Shown in pieces: positions 41,545 through 53,818 of a stretch of 64,000 nt of DNA (positions are counted from its first letter, which is position 1; the number at the start of each line of letters is the position of its first letter). The stretch spans positions 992,001-1,056,000 of the forward strand of contig JAYWIR010000003.1 in the NCBI GenBank assembly GCA_036172245.1. Direction: 5' to 3'. This DNA is from Raillietiella orientalis (Eukaryota). Both the position numbers and the translations under genes were made by a program. The notes below the pieces were generated by a model that ran no database searches, had not been told where the DNA came from, and saw only the letters and a list, made by a program, of their open reading frames with translations.

Positions 41545-42882
41545 AGCGGCATCCCCCGTGGAGGGAACGTTTCACATGGTTCCCGTGACAACGCGAGTTT
41601 TCGCGGGGGGACTTTGCTCTTCGAATCCAGGTTGGGAGAGAGAAGCCTGGGGCGCAAGCTTCTCTCGTAGGGACTCGTGTTGTCGGTGTTCTCGGTGTTG
41701 GCACACCTCGAACGCCCCAGCCCGCTCGTCACGGAGACCCATCACTCCCTCTCGTGCTGCCCCGCCGCCGCCGCCGCGCCCTCCCGGCATCATCCGTGGC
41801 TGTGGTCGCCTCTATGAGGATGACAGTGGTGGCGAGAGCGAGTTTCTGTGGAAGATGATCCTCGTCGGCGGGATCTCGAACGACCCGAGGAACTCGAGGG
41901 GAGAAGGAAAAAGGAGCAAAAAAAAAACAAAGAGAAGAAGAAAAAAAACACCTACTCGATTGCTCATCGCTCAGAGCTGGTCCTTGGAACAGGAAGAGGT
42001 ACCATAGGAACAACTGAAGATTCATTTTCCCGGAGCCTTCGCGCGCAGTGGTGATTGGTTCGCAATAGAGAATCACAGAACAGCTTTCCGCGTGAAGATA
42101 ACGATGCTCATGGTGCTCTGGGTGCCTTTCTCATTATATGCATAATGAGCGTTTATGCCAGGAATCATTTTCTATTGGTCCGACGATTCACGTCATAAGT
42201 GCACATGCCAGATCTGCATCCTAACAGGGCAACAAAAAAAAATAAAAAGAAAAGAAAAGAAAAAGGAAAAAAATAAAAAGGAAAATGAAACACCAAACAA
42301 ACAATCCATTCCGAAAGCATAAATTACGAATGCGGAAACAGAATGGCGAGTGTTTAACAATGGTACAGAGTATCGCACATGTGGAAGAGTCTGCGTGGAA
42401 AGGAGGATGTCAGCACAGCCTCTCACTGGGATCCTTACTTCAAGTGAAGCGGACAGCAGCTAAGGTGTGCGGCCCGCGGCCATCACTTGCTTGGGCACTG
42501 GGCGCTCCTTTTTCCTTTTCTTCCGTTCGCTCCTTTTTGCGGCCCAAGAAAAGGCTAAAATCGGCTCCAGGCGGGATGGGTGGTCACACAGGAAAGGCAG
42601 CAGTATCTTCGAAAGTCATGTACGGCGGAGCCGATCAAAATCCTGAACAATCATTAAAAAAGGCAACAAACATGTAGACTTATTCTACATAGATTGATAC
42701 ACATATTTACTTTAACATGCATAGTTATTCATATTAACAAGCCGAGTCGTCTGCGGTCCATGCGAGAAAGGCTTGCGCCCGCAGGTCTTCTCTTCCAGCC
42801 CGGATTCGAGCCGCAAAACTCTCCTGCGAAACTCCCGTTGCCGCGGAAATCACCAGAAAGATCCTCCATGGGGAATGTCGCA
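41545..42882. repeat. Two diverged ~130-bp copies in inverted orientation (41545-41675 and 42755-42882); possibly SINE-like
   Basis: Minus strand gagaagcttgcgccccaggcttctctctcccaacctggattcga..cgcgaaaactcgcgttgtcacgg matches plus strand gaaaggcttgcgcccgcaggtcttctcttccagcccggattcga..tgcgaaactcccgttgccgcgg; B-box-like TCGAATCC in both. Confidence 0.75.
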
Positions 42883-43007
42883 TAGAGATTTACTCACCTG
42901 CATATTTTGAACAGCAATATTACCGGAACGGATACATTTATTTAGATTCAGAGACGCACATTCTATTAATATAATTAAGAAGCTATCGATTATATTCTTG
43001 ATATGTA

Positions 43008-43933
43008 CGAGGGACATATCGAAAGTAAGAGCCTATCGGATACAAAGAAAGAACAAATGAAACAAAACTGTGCTGGTGGCTCTGAAAACACGCATCCTGG
43101 TGTCATTTTTCTACGTGGTCACCATTCTTTTCCAAACAGTTTTGATTCCGTGGAGGAAGCTTTTTGAGACCCTCTGCATCAAATTCCTCCTCCTGTGGGT
43201 TCAGCCGGTTCAGCAGCACTGCAGTTTTCAATTCCTCCCCTTCCCCCTCGCATCCTCGAGCCACTTCTTGAGGTGCAGGAAGACGTGGTGGTCACTGGGT
43301 GCGAGGTCGGAAAGGTAAGATCCAAAAGTTCCCATTCCCATTTCCGAATTGTCTGGGATGTGTGGACAGCATGTGTTGCCAAGGCGCGTGTTGTCGTGGA
43401 GGAGAACAAGTCTTTCCTGATCTCAGCATCCCACATCGTCGGTTCTGAGCGGCACGCCGCAGTGTTGAAAGTGTTTCTGCACAGTAGACTTGCACACAGT
43501 AGATGCTTGTTCCAGGATCCGTAAAGTCCACCAAAAGCACACACACCCTTTCGGTCCCACACACATGCCGTCCTCACATTCCAGACAATTCGAATATTCG
43601 AATGGGAACTTTTTGATCTTACCGTTCCGACCTCGCACCCAGTGACCACCACGTCTTCCTGCACCTCAAGAAGTGGCTCGAGGATGCGAGGGGGAAGGGG
43701 AGGAATTGAAAACTGCAGTGCTGCTGAACCGGCTGAACCCACAGGAGGAGGAATTTGATGCAGAGGGTTCCAAAAAGCTTCATCCACGGGATCAAAACTG
43801 TTTGGAAAAGAATGGTGACCACGTAGAAAAATGACATGTCGACGCATGTTTTTAAAACCGCCAACACAGTTTTGTTTCTCTCATTTGTTCTTTCCTTGTA
43901 TCCGATCGGCTCTTACTTTCGAGATGCTACTCG
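43008..43933. mobile_element. Non-autonomous mariner fold-back element (926 bp) built from two 3' ends; TA target duplication
   Basis: TA|CGAGGG left end, CTCG|TA right end; arms 43008-43376 and 43561-43933; each arm encodes the decayed transposase C-terminus (right arm YRSDLAPSDHHVFLHLKKWL..CLEKNGDHVEK-stop, cf. YSPDLAPSD); spacer encodes WDRKGV..LLVDF..TLRRAAQNRRCGML on the minus strand. Confidence 0.93.
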
Positions 43934-43949
43934 TAAGACACGAAAAGTG

Positions 43950-44770
43950 ATGCCTGCATTGTGGATGCAAATGCTGCAACAAGCTGTTACTATCCTCTGT
44001 TTCCACGAGGAGGCTGAGAAGCACTTCCCTGTGTGTGGTGGTGTGCAGTGTGGAAGGCAGCTGAAATCTTGAGCCTAGCAACTGCTCTGTGACTCAGCGA
44101 CTGCTTACAACGCGCCTCCAGCTCATATCCTCGGTTCAGCTCACAGACGCTAAGCGACTCCGCAAGTTTACTACGAAAAGGAATTTTGCCCCTGGGGTGA
44201 GTTGCTGACAATTCTTCGGGATCATGTGGCCCCCAACGTTCTTGGACAGTCGCACCCTTCCTTTCGAGCGGCGGGAGTCGGCGCTTTTACCGTTGCACTG
44301 GGACCTCCTGTGTAACCCCCGTCGACATCGTTGCACCCAGGCGGGGTGGGGGTGCGCACCCGAATGGCAGCAGGTGCGAGCAACAAGAATCTCTCCCTCA
44401 CCTGCTCGTGGGCTGCTTAGCGTCGCCCGCACCGTTGCGGGAATATCTTGCTTGGTCGACCCCCTTCCGGACCGCATGTGGCAACCTCAGGGACGCACGG
44501 GAACCTCTCCTCGCGCGCGCGCAAAGCACTGCCGCCGGCTGCATCCCCAGCAGCTCTTTGCTGCCTACGCGGCATCATGGCAGCCTGGAGCGGCTCCGAG
44601 AGACCGCGCTAGGGACATCATCCTCTTTGCCCTGTTTTTTTTTGTGGAGGGCAACGAGATGGTTCCACCTGGAGAAAACTGTTGGAGAACTTGCCGGTAT
44701 CCTCGAGGAGATGCAGAGGATGCCCCCCGCCCTCCCTTCCATCAGGCTGTGATCCATTACTGTGCCCCCC
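43950..44770 (+). mobile_element. LINE 3' end relic, copy A (CCHC knuckle)
   Basis: HPNGSRCEQQESLPHLLVGC; nucleotide direct repeat of about 45700-46060 (catccccagcagc.ctttgctgc..agatggt.ccacctgga..aacttgccgg.atcct). Confidence 0.6.
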
Positions 44771-44999
44771 AGAGTTATGGATATTTATATTTACATTTTT
44801 TTTATTTCGTTTTCTCCCATCCTCTCTGCTGTGTAGGACACCCTTCCCCTGGTCTGGGCGCCGAACACTCGGCAAGCCATGTTTATGCCAGGACTTGATG
44901 AGATCAGTGGCCCTACCATTTTTTAATGCTGTTTTTTTTTTGCAACAAACGTCCCCGGAGATCCCGGACGCAAATTCAACCTCACCTTCGACGCCCTAT

Positions 45000-46070
45000 C
45001 CGCCATCTTCACGCCGGACCTCGTACCCAACTGCCCCTGCAACATCCTCTCTTCACAGCTCCTCCAACTCTTCCTCGTCGGATCCGAACTCTCCCGTGGC
45101 CTCCTGAACAGCGTTCCGCTTCTCAAAAGGGTGTCCACGATGTCCCCGAGGGATCTTTGATCCCCAAAGACTCGCCGCCGGCATGTCCCCGATACGGGCT
45201 ACTGATGGCTCCATGAACTCGCCGAGAGCCGAAGGACCAAGTCTCTTGAGAATAGGTCGGCTCATTTCGGGGCATCCGGTTGACCTTGCGGTCCTCGGAA
45301 GGCGAGTGCCGCAAGCGGCTTGGGTCGCCTGTCTCCCGAGACGGGCGACCAGCGCCGCGTTCGTCCTCGGAACCTCCGCGAAAGGGCCATCCGCGCCACG
45401 GCTGACAGGATGAGAAGCGCTTTTTTCTTCCACGGGAGTGCGCGTGAGACGAATCGGAACTGGACCACCTCTGCCTCGCTCGTGGAGATAGGTAAATGGT
45501 CCTGGGTCACACACAACTTCTGAAGGCGTTTCAAGGTGCCATGTAGACGCCCGTGGGGTCCTCTATTGAAACCCCGCTCTCTCGCAAAAGGGGAGCAACC
45601 TATATACTGTTTTCGCCGCCGGGAGGGTTTGGAACCGCGTCCGTGCAGTCACCAGATACCGTGAGACACGCACCTCGACCACGATAGGAGAACCCGCTGG
45701 TCTCACTGGATCCGGAGGCTGTGGACCCCAACTGTTGCAAGTACGGGGAATGGGAATCCCTCCCACATCTGCTCATAGACTGTCGCCCACCTACTCCTGT
45801 GGTTGTCCTTGGCGCACCCACGGACAATCCCAAAGGCACCTCTTCGTGAGGGACGCCCTTTCGCCTGGCTCATCCCCAGCAGCCCTTTGCTGCTGACTAA
45901 GCGAGATCGTGGCGGCCTGGAGCTACGCGGGAGGAGGACGGCGCAATAGGGACTCCATCGACTTCGCCCTGCGCTTCCTGCGGACGGCAGCAAGATGGTC
46001 CCACCTGGAACTTGCCGGCATCCTAGGAAGGATGCAGAAGACGCCCTCCAGAGGACAGCAGTACCCTCCC
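45000..46070 (+). mobile_element. LINE 3' end relic, copy B (RNase H-like start plus CCHC knuckle)
   Basis: IRATDGS (cf. IYTDGS), DPNCCKYGEWESLPHLLIDC, terminal ALRFLRTA; homologous to copy A. Confidence 0.6.
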
Positions 46071-46649
46071 GTGACTCCCAGATTTTTTTTTCATTATTGA
46101 TTTTTATTTAATTTTTGTTTGTTTGTTTGTTTCTCCGCTTCCGAGGCGAACCTCGCCAGTCTGCGTGCCGGTCACTCAACAGGTTCCCAACATTTTCGGA
46201 CGATGTAGGGTCGATGGCCCTACACATATACGTTTATTTTTTTTTTATAATAAAAGTCCCGATGTTACCGGGTGTTAAGCCGAGAGGAGAACCCCACGGT
46301 GAGGATGCGGCCGGACCTCCCTTCGGCGTCGCGATGCCAATCAGTTCCCCTCTCCCAGTGAGGGATGGATCCTTCTCCGCTAGGCGGAAGGGAGTCCGAC
46401 GCTGGCTGTGATTCCAGCTGGACCAGGCTGGCTCGAGGCGAAGATGAACTTAGTATAAAGTTTAAGTGCCGGCGGCGTCTCCCCCCCTCTGACGCAGCAT
46501 CCCAGCACGCCTGCAAGCCGCCATCAAATCCACGCACCTCGCTTTCTGACCCCATCCGGCTTTTCGGGATCCGCCATGAAAGCTCAGGTGTGAACCGGGA
46601 TCACGCTGTTAGCTCGCGCCATCAACGCCCGAGATGGCGCCCGGCTCTC

Positions 46650-49600
46650 CGCATCTGCGTCTAAGTGCGTACTTACTCGGAGATGGTCGGCAGCTGTCTT
46701 TTTCATTGCCCGCGTCAACGAACCCCAGAGCCATTCGGATTTTTATCGCTCGCGGAGGAAACCCGTCTGGAGGAACCCATCCCGGAAGCGGGAATGGACC
46801 ATAACAAACGCCGTGGGCATAAAACGGAAGAAATTTCCTTCTCTGCAAGCTGCGCGATGGCGCATCGTGGCTCGGTCTCCTGGAAGCGGGTGCGGAGCCG
46901 CTGCCGCCCGCCTACAGAGGCTGCAAGGACCACCTGCTTCTTTCCTCAGCTTTTTCCGAGCTGCTCCTCAAGAGAGGCTCCAGGAGATTTCTCTCCCTAC
47001 CTCTGCTGCTCTCAAAGGTCAGCCGCGAAGCGGCTGTCTAATCGCGCACGCACGCGCACGTTGCGCGCCTTCGTCCTTGGTAACGGGAATCCCGCGCGTC
47101 TGTCATTTTATTTTTATTTTATTTTTCCTCCTTCCAGTCCTCATCAACCGAAGCTGCAGCTCCAGGGTCCCGCGTCCGCAATGACCACTCCTTCTCGTAT
47201 CCATCGGTCCCTCCCTTCTTCCTCCTCCCCCTCCTCCTACGCACCACCCTCGTCACCGTCCCCTTTCTCGGAATCGGTGCTCTTCAGCCACAGCAGCAGG
47301 TCAGGTAGCGTGTGCCTCCAGAGCTTCCCCTGCTCAGGAACTCCAGGATTCGCAGCCTTCTCGCACTGGCTGAACAGGCTCACGGCCGCACTGAAGCCTC
47401 TCCGCCGAGTCAGATGGGTGGCAACGACCCCGGAATCGTCCCTCGCTTCTGTCGGCACCTCTTCACCGCAACTTCCCGATTCTTCCGAGGCGTCCACTCT
47501 CTGAGGCCGGTGTCCCCCCAGGTTGCCCCACCGAAGAGTGGCGCTGACTTCGGCGCCTCCTTCCTGGACGCCGAGCCAGACGCGGCCGCCTCGTCTAGGG
47601 CTCCAGCCGTATCGCTACGCACCGACCCTTTCCCAGCCGGTTCTGTCGCGACCACCGAGACACGAAATCTGCCGGACGACGATGGGTGCTGCACCGCGTC
47701 TACTCCGCGCATACAGTCCGGGCCTCTCGGGAGAAATGGCCACGCACTAGTTGGGATGCCTTAAAGAAGAGGCAATCTAGAGGGTGAGAGGGGGAGGTGA
47801 GCACGCGGCTGCGATGTCGGACCGATCTGGTTTACGGGGGACCGCCTGCTCCTTCCAGGACGGAGGAGCGCGCGAGTCCCCTCCATACGAGCAGCTCCGC
47901 GGGGAAGTGAGTGGCGAAGATCCAATCTGCTCATCCTCCTTCCTCACACCCCGATGCGACGGAAAAAGGTCTGGTGCCGGACTTCTGTGCGCTGGAACCT
48001 TTCGGGTCTCATCCGCAAGTGGGGTGTGGGAAGAGGGACCACCCCAACAGCCGCACAATCAAACTACCCCCTCCGACCTCATCCTCTTGAGAAGGCCGCA
48101 ACGAAGAAGATGCCTCCGGCGTGTGTCCCGGGAGCGCTGCATGCTGAAGCACGTCATCTCTTCGCCAATCCTAAGGGCATTCGGTCTTCTCAACAGCATC
48201 TCTTCGCCGTTCGTGACGAAAGCTCCTGCTGCTGCGAGCACTCCTTTGGAAGCAGAGACAAGCAACACGGTGTCTGCCGAGGATACCAAAGAGCAACAGC
48301 GAACTGACCCGGGGGGGCTAGGTCAAGGAAGGGGGACTTTAGGCAGCCTGCTCGACCAGGAGCCTTCGAGGAAGGCGACCCGTGGGCTTGGTCCCGTGTC
48401 CACGGTCTCTTAGCACCCGTGACTCACCGGAGAGGAAAGCAACAGCAGCAACGGCTTTGGAGCTTCGGAGAAGCCGACGGATGACGGGTAGCAGTCCGCT
48501 TCCTGGTTTGCTCTTATAGTCGACGCAGCCTCGTGGACGACCTTCGCACTCGATCTCCCTGAATCCTTTCCTTCCCCCTTTTGCATAACAGATCTCACCT
48601 GCTTCCTTACGGAGAGCAGCTGGACTCTCCTATCGGTGTCCAGAGTTCAGAATTTCTGGGATCTCACTCTTAAGAATCACCACCAGCATGAGCAGTAGTA
48701 TGAAGCTCCCTTTGCCTGGGGAACATTCGTGGAAAGCGTTTGACCTATGCCCTGTCCCACCGCACAAGCACACGGATGACCCATCGCTCCTCCCCCCTTT
48801 CCCTGGGATCCTCTGCCTGAAAGAGGGGCAAATCCGAGAGAGGATGTCGTCTTCAAGAGACGGACAAGTCGCCGCAGCCTCCAGCTGAGGGCCTACCTCC
48901 TTTTCTCGGCCCAATTCAAGTTTCTCCCACCCCCGACCAAGGATCCGACTCCCCGATGCGGGATCTTTCCTGCGCCCCACCCTGTGGTTCCTGACGGCAG
49001 TCCACGGGCAGTCGACGCTCCCGAAAAAGGAAGTGCTGCCCGCGTCGGAGGCCTTGTGGTTTAGGCTTCCGCGTGTGGTACCACGCGTCGCGGGTTCGAA
49101 TACTTCGGCAGATAACTGACGCCACTGTGTCGTTTAGGTTCCGAGTTTCTCCTGCAAGATGGCGCTGGTTGGCCGAGACATTCGGGCGTGGCCCCCCGGC
49201 GGTGGATAAAGCCGGAGGCCTCCCGATGAAGGCCGGAACAATGGGAGTCGACCTTCGGGTCCTCCCAGGAATCAAGGAGTGGGGAGTTCCCCCTCCTGTC
49301 GTGCAACGGAGAGCGGACCCCCGTCACCGGGGGACCACCTCCGGTTTCAAGATGGAGCAGGAGCCCTCAGGGGCACCTCTCCAGTTGTTCAAAGGAGCGG
49401 ACCCCCCCTGTTGCGGGGGGGACCCTCCGAGTCGTCGCCTCTTCACAGAGTGCAAGGAAGCAAGCGAGAGCGATTCCCCTGCGGGAAGCTGCAGCGCCCC
49501 TTCTGAGTTTCGGAAGCGTCCCTTCGGGTTCTCTTCAGAGGAGTGAATAAAGGAGCGGTCCCTTGCGGGTTCCCTCCGGAGAAGAAATTCCTAGAAGCGG

Positions 49601-49850
49601 ATCCTTTCCGGGTTCCCTTCGGAGAAGCTGAAATGGAGAGGACCACTCCCCTCCCAGGGGGTGTCCCTCCGGAGAGAATGAGGAAGGAGATTCCCTTCGG
49701 GGTTCCCCTTCGGAGACAACCAGGGTGGGAGGTGCGATCCCCCCGTCCGGGGGGATCCCTCCCCAAGCGTGAGAGGAACGGACTCCGAGCCCTTCCTGGA
49801 TTCATAGGGCGGACCCCCATCCCGGGGTGCCCCCTATCCTGAAGAATTAC
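46650..49850 (+). mobile_element. Degenerate LINE ORF2 relic (APE endonuclease + RT), I/Jockey-like
   Basis: Collinear: LSLAEETRL (LQET), VLGNGN (LGDFN), MLKHVISSPILRAFGLLNSI, WKAFDL (KAFD), PDAGSFLRPTLWFL (PQGSxLxPxLW), SADN (YADD), LRALPGFIGRTPI (LRxxTGAxRxTP). Confidence 0.65.
49518..49725. repeat. Imperfect minisatellite, 5 units of about 40-48 bp
   Basis: Recurring core tcccttcgggttcccttcggagaag at about 49518, 49557, 49598, 49645 and 49690. Confidence 0.8.
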
Positions 49851-52800
49851 ACGCCCCCCTGCGGGTTGCCGCGGGCGGAGAGGCGTGGAAACAAAACAGT
49901 GTGTTAATGTTTAAAAAGAGCCACGTGCGCCGCGAGGCACGCGACCGGCTCTGAGGTACTTAGCGAACCAAAAACAAAGAAAACCCTTAAAAAAAAAAAA
50001 AGCTGAAAGAAAAACAGCGAAAAAAGAACCCAAGGATCTCTCCATCGTCCTAGGCCAATAGTAACGATCTCCTCGTGGGGGTCGCTACTGGCCTTATATA
50101 TATATATAAAAAAAAAAAAAAAAAAAAAAAGGAAGTGCTCCTGCTTCGATCCATTGCCGACGTTCAGCTGCCTCACCAGAGCTGTCCGCCGCTTAGCCAA
50201 TTCAGAGTATCAAGGCAGCTGGGTCAGCAGAGCTCCTGAGGCTTCAAATGTAGGAATCACCCGTCATTCATCCATTCTTTCCCTGGTCTACCCAGAGCAA
50301 CAGCCAGCAGTGGGAATCTGGGCTACCAGCTGCTCATGGGGTCTTTCTCGAAAAACAAACGCAAGACTCTGAAAGGGAAAAACTTTTCGGAGGTCTTTGG
50401 GTTTCCATGGGTAATGACGCTTTTCTCTCACGAGGGGTGTGCGGAAACGCATCACTTTAGAAGATACACAGAAATTTGGATGTAGAAATCGTCGAAACCT
50501 TTGATCTTGATGATCATGTGGTGCATGCATGATAAATGTTTGCGACTTTCGTGTAGTGCCGGACTGTGATATAAAGGGAAAAGTCGAGGGTTCGCATGCT
50601 GTGTGCTCACGAAGAAATGATTTTCCGACGTTTTCCTTGGGATTAACGTGTTCTTTCAAAAACCAAGTTCATGCAGGTTTTGCTGATATTGTCGCACTCT
50701 TTAAGTGTTTGTTTGCAAATGGACTTACATCTGCTGCCAGTCATCTCACGATTCCTTGCTAGTTGTACACGTGTCCCGGCCGATTAACCGATTTCTTTCT
50801 CATGAACACATATAACTGCATTTCCTTACGAGCATAACTTTCAACGTACTCAGTCGTTAGTGCAGGATTAGTATTTTTCTTTGTAGTTAGGTTAGGATTC
50901 ACACTTGTAATAATTCTTTTCGAAAAAAACATATGCACCTCTTTCATATGAATCATCTCATTGCACACCGACTTACTGACTTGACTGGTGGAAAAATTGT
51001 CAACAGAATGGCTTTTGTTCAAAATGGTTATTTGTTCAGTTTCTGAGCACTAATTATGAAACTCGATGGAATGATTTCATAACAGAAATATGGAATATAA
51101 CGCAGGATATTTTTCAAAAGTCCGAAAACTGTTTCTGGATCCCTCGACCTGCAAGTCGCACAGTTCCTTTCCTTCAAAGGGTGTGTACGCTCCCATCATT
51201 CCCATCTTCGTGGTATTATGCCATTGACCTTCTTCCGTACGTGTCAGTCTAACATCAAACTGCCCAAAGATGAGTTTCTCAATCTATAAGTTCCTACGTA
51301 AACACTGCGGCGTGGGTTTCAACATATGTTACAATCAGCATCCATACTTTCGTAAGGAGGTATTTTCTTTTTTCCTTTTACCTTTTGAGAGATTTAGACT
51401 TGTCTAAGGCAATTGCCTTTTTTATCATCATAGGCGATTACTCTGAATCCATCATTTTTTCCAGCTCTTTCAGATATCTTCAAAAGTGACTTAGAGGCAG
51501 AACTGTCCGTTTCAAAAATCTCTTTCGAAACGGACTTCATGATTATTTAGTTTACAGTCCTCCTTGTTGATGATTTCTAACCTTCTTCTGCAGGCACACG
51601 CGCATCTCTTGCGCACGGATAATGAAAATGTGGTTCAGAGTTGCCCACTTAGAACTTATTCTTTTCAAATAAATAATAGATTATGAACTGGAGTTTCAAA
51701 CTTCAAATTTTTATTTTCCCCATCCATTCTCTACGTGCACTTATGATCCTAACGGTTTAAAAATACATTTTCGAAATCCTCTATTGTAGTTTCATTGTTT
51801 CGACAATTTCAATTGGAATTAAAAGATGCCGAATTTTGGAAAACAAGTCGATCTTGATTCTGCATTTCTAGTAAGTTGTGCTGATAGGATTATATATTTT
51901 GTTTTGAAATAAAGGTATTCGAACCGGATTTGCTAGCCGGATTTATACGTTTAGACTTAAATTATTATGAGTTTTAACACTGACTGATTTTTGGAGAATG
52001 TAAGTTATGAAATGATGACACTAAAAGCATAAATCTAATATCTGTATGCCTTATGAATAACACGATCTTGGTAGTTACAACAGCACAAGACCTAGTTTTA
52101 TTCCAGCGATTCCCACTTAAAAAAAATTTCCGACCAAACAGTTTATCTGAAGACAAATCGTGAACATTTATAAGAGTTATTACTCAGGTTGTAGACGTTG
52201 TGTAGAACGGATACTTGCATAAAAGTCCTTCTGGTATAAAACGTACATCATTACTGAAAAGTTTCGAATGAAATGGGAATGCGAAAAGCAAAATCCATAT
52301 TGAAACATGATTCTATCACTTAATGGCTCTTAGCAAGCTCTACCGATACTTTCCCACGGAGAAATTATTGCTGGAAAAATAGTTCTGAGAATTCTCCTGA
52401 AAACTTCAGTTTTTGCGAAGGCTGATGATTACATGAATCCCACTTTTGCTGAGATTGAGTATATTTTATTTATAACATTCCAAAATAAGAACTGCTCGAT
52501 TTGATTATTTATTTTTCTACCCACCTCTGTGTTAATTTATTTACCTTTTATTTATTTGTACTTATCTTTCGTAATGGCCAATGGGAAATCTTCATGCGCT
52601 AGCTGTGAACTTTCTTCCAGCACTGGATTAAGATATTGATCATGAGAAGCTGCTCGTGCCTATTTTCCCACTTTTTACGCCTTTTTTTTTTGTATTAGTA
52701 AGCATACATCACTTGAGTGAATTGACTTTGTTTAATCTGTCACCTGTTCGAAAATTACAGCTTTTCCACTTTGGTAACAGTGACAACGAAGGATAGTAGT

Positions 52801-53150
52801 GGAACTTGTGCAAGGGGTGTGTTTTTTCTCCCTAGCATTGCAGTCACGTGAAGATCCTGGCTACTGAAAATACGAGGACGACTGCCAGTTGGCTTGCCAA
52901 TGTAATATAATAGCAGTAACTCCTGTAATGTAATGACAATTTGATGCCACAGAGTCCTATTGTCCAAGGAGCGATTGTGAGGGATGCTTTTCCATTGTTT
53001 GGTTTTCTACGTCTTTGATAAGTAGCTCGGGGAGCATATTTTCAAAATATAGAAACTCTAGACATCATAACAGGAGGGAAAGCCCTAAACTTTTGGGTGA
53101 ATTTCACAAAATCGCGGCTTGTGTGTTAACATTGTAGAACGTATTTAAGG

Positions 53151-53663
53151 ATGATCAAATTTGCACACGTATTCGAACTTCAACACAGAAATTTTTATGC
53201 ATCTGCTGTAAACTTAAAAAAGACCTCCGGAAAGTATCGAAGAACAAATAAGCAGAATAAACCACTTACTTATGAACAGTTTAATCCTCCTTGTCAGCTA
53301 GCACATCGCAAATCTTGGAATTCTTGGAATACAAGTTAGGTGAAGGATTTATTGTTTTCTCATTATCTTTTAGGCAATTTATTGGATGGAATATGGAAAA
53401 GCGAGTGCATCACGGAAGACATATTCATTAGAAAATTCATGTTTGGCACATGGCACAACATGTTGCTGTCGGAAGTGATTATCAAGCGACAGTGGAATTT
53501 GATTCGCATCGGTGCCTTGGTGCACCGGTTAGTAAAACCTATGAAGATGTACTTTCTTATTGGATACACCGAGGATCTCCTTAGTTACTGGCTGCAGTGT
53601 CCCATTAAACTGGAACTACAAACAGTTGCTGATAAGAGTGATGCAGTGTTCAAATATGTATAA
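53151..53663 (+). CDS. MRPS24: Mitochondrial ribosomal protein S24 (uS3m); exons 53151-53334, 53374-53663 (157 aa)
   Basis: KPLTYEQFNPP..AHRKSWNSWNTSNL, EDIFIRKFMFGTW, SEVIIKRQ, YFLIGYTEDLLSYWLQCPIKLELQTV..VFKYV; 39-nt phase-1 intron. Confidence 0.94.
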
Positions 53664-53818
53664 AAACTAAGTGAAGTATCTATTCATCTCATGGTATTAC
53701 ATGGAAAGACATTTGGCTGGGTGAAAGAGGAAATCCTTATTCATTAGCATCTGCTCACTAAAAGTATCAATACTGTTATTCCTTACAGCAGCAATAAAAT
53801 GATTTAATGCTATATGCA

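Noticed and set aside
49518..49725. CRISPR-like array
   Set aside because: Units are degenerate with no unique spacers, in a eukaryotic context with no cas genes.
47150..49850. Minus-strand spliced gene with Tudor-like fragments
   Set aside because: No phase-consistent model; the + strand shows collinear LINE motifs.
50150..52990. Upstream exons of the mucin-like gene
   Set aside because: Several candidate splice sites, but no convincing chain could be assembled.
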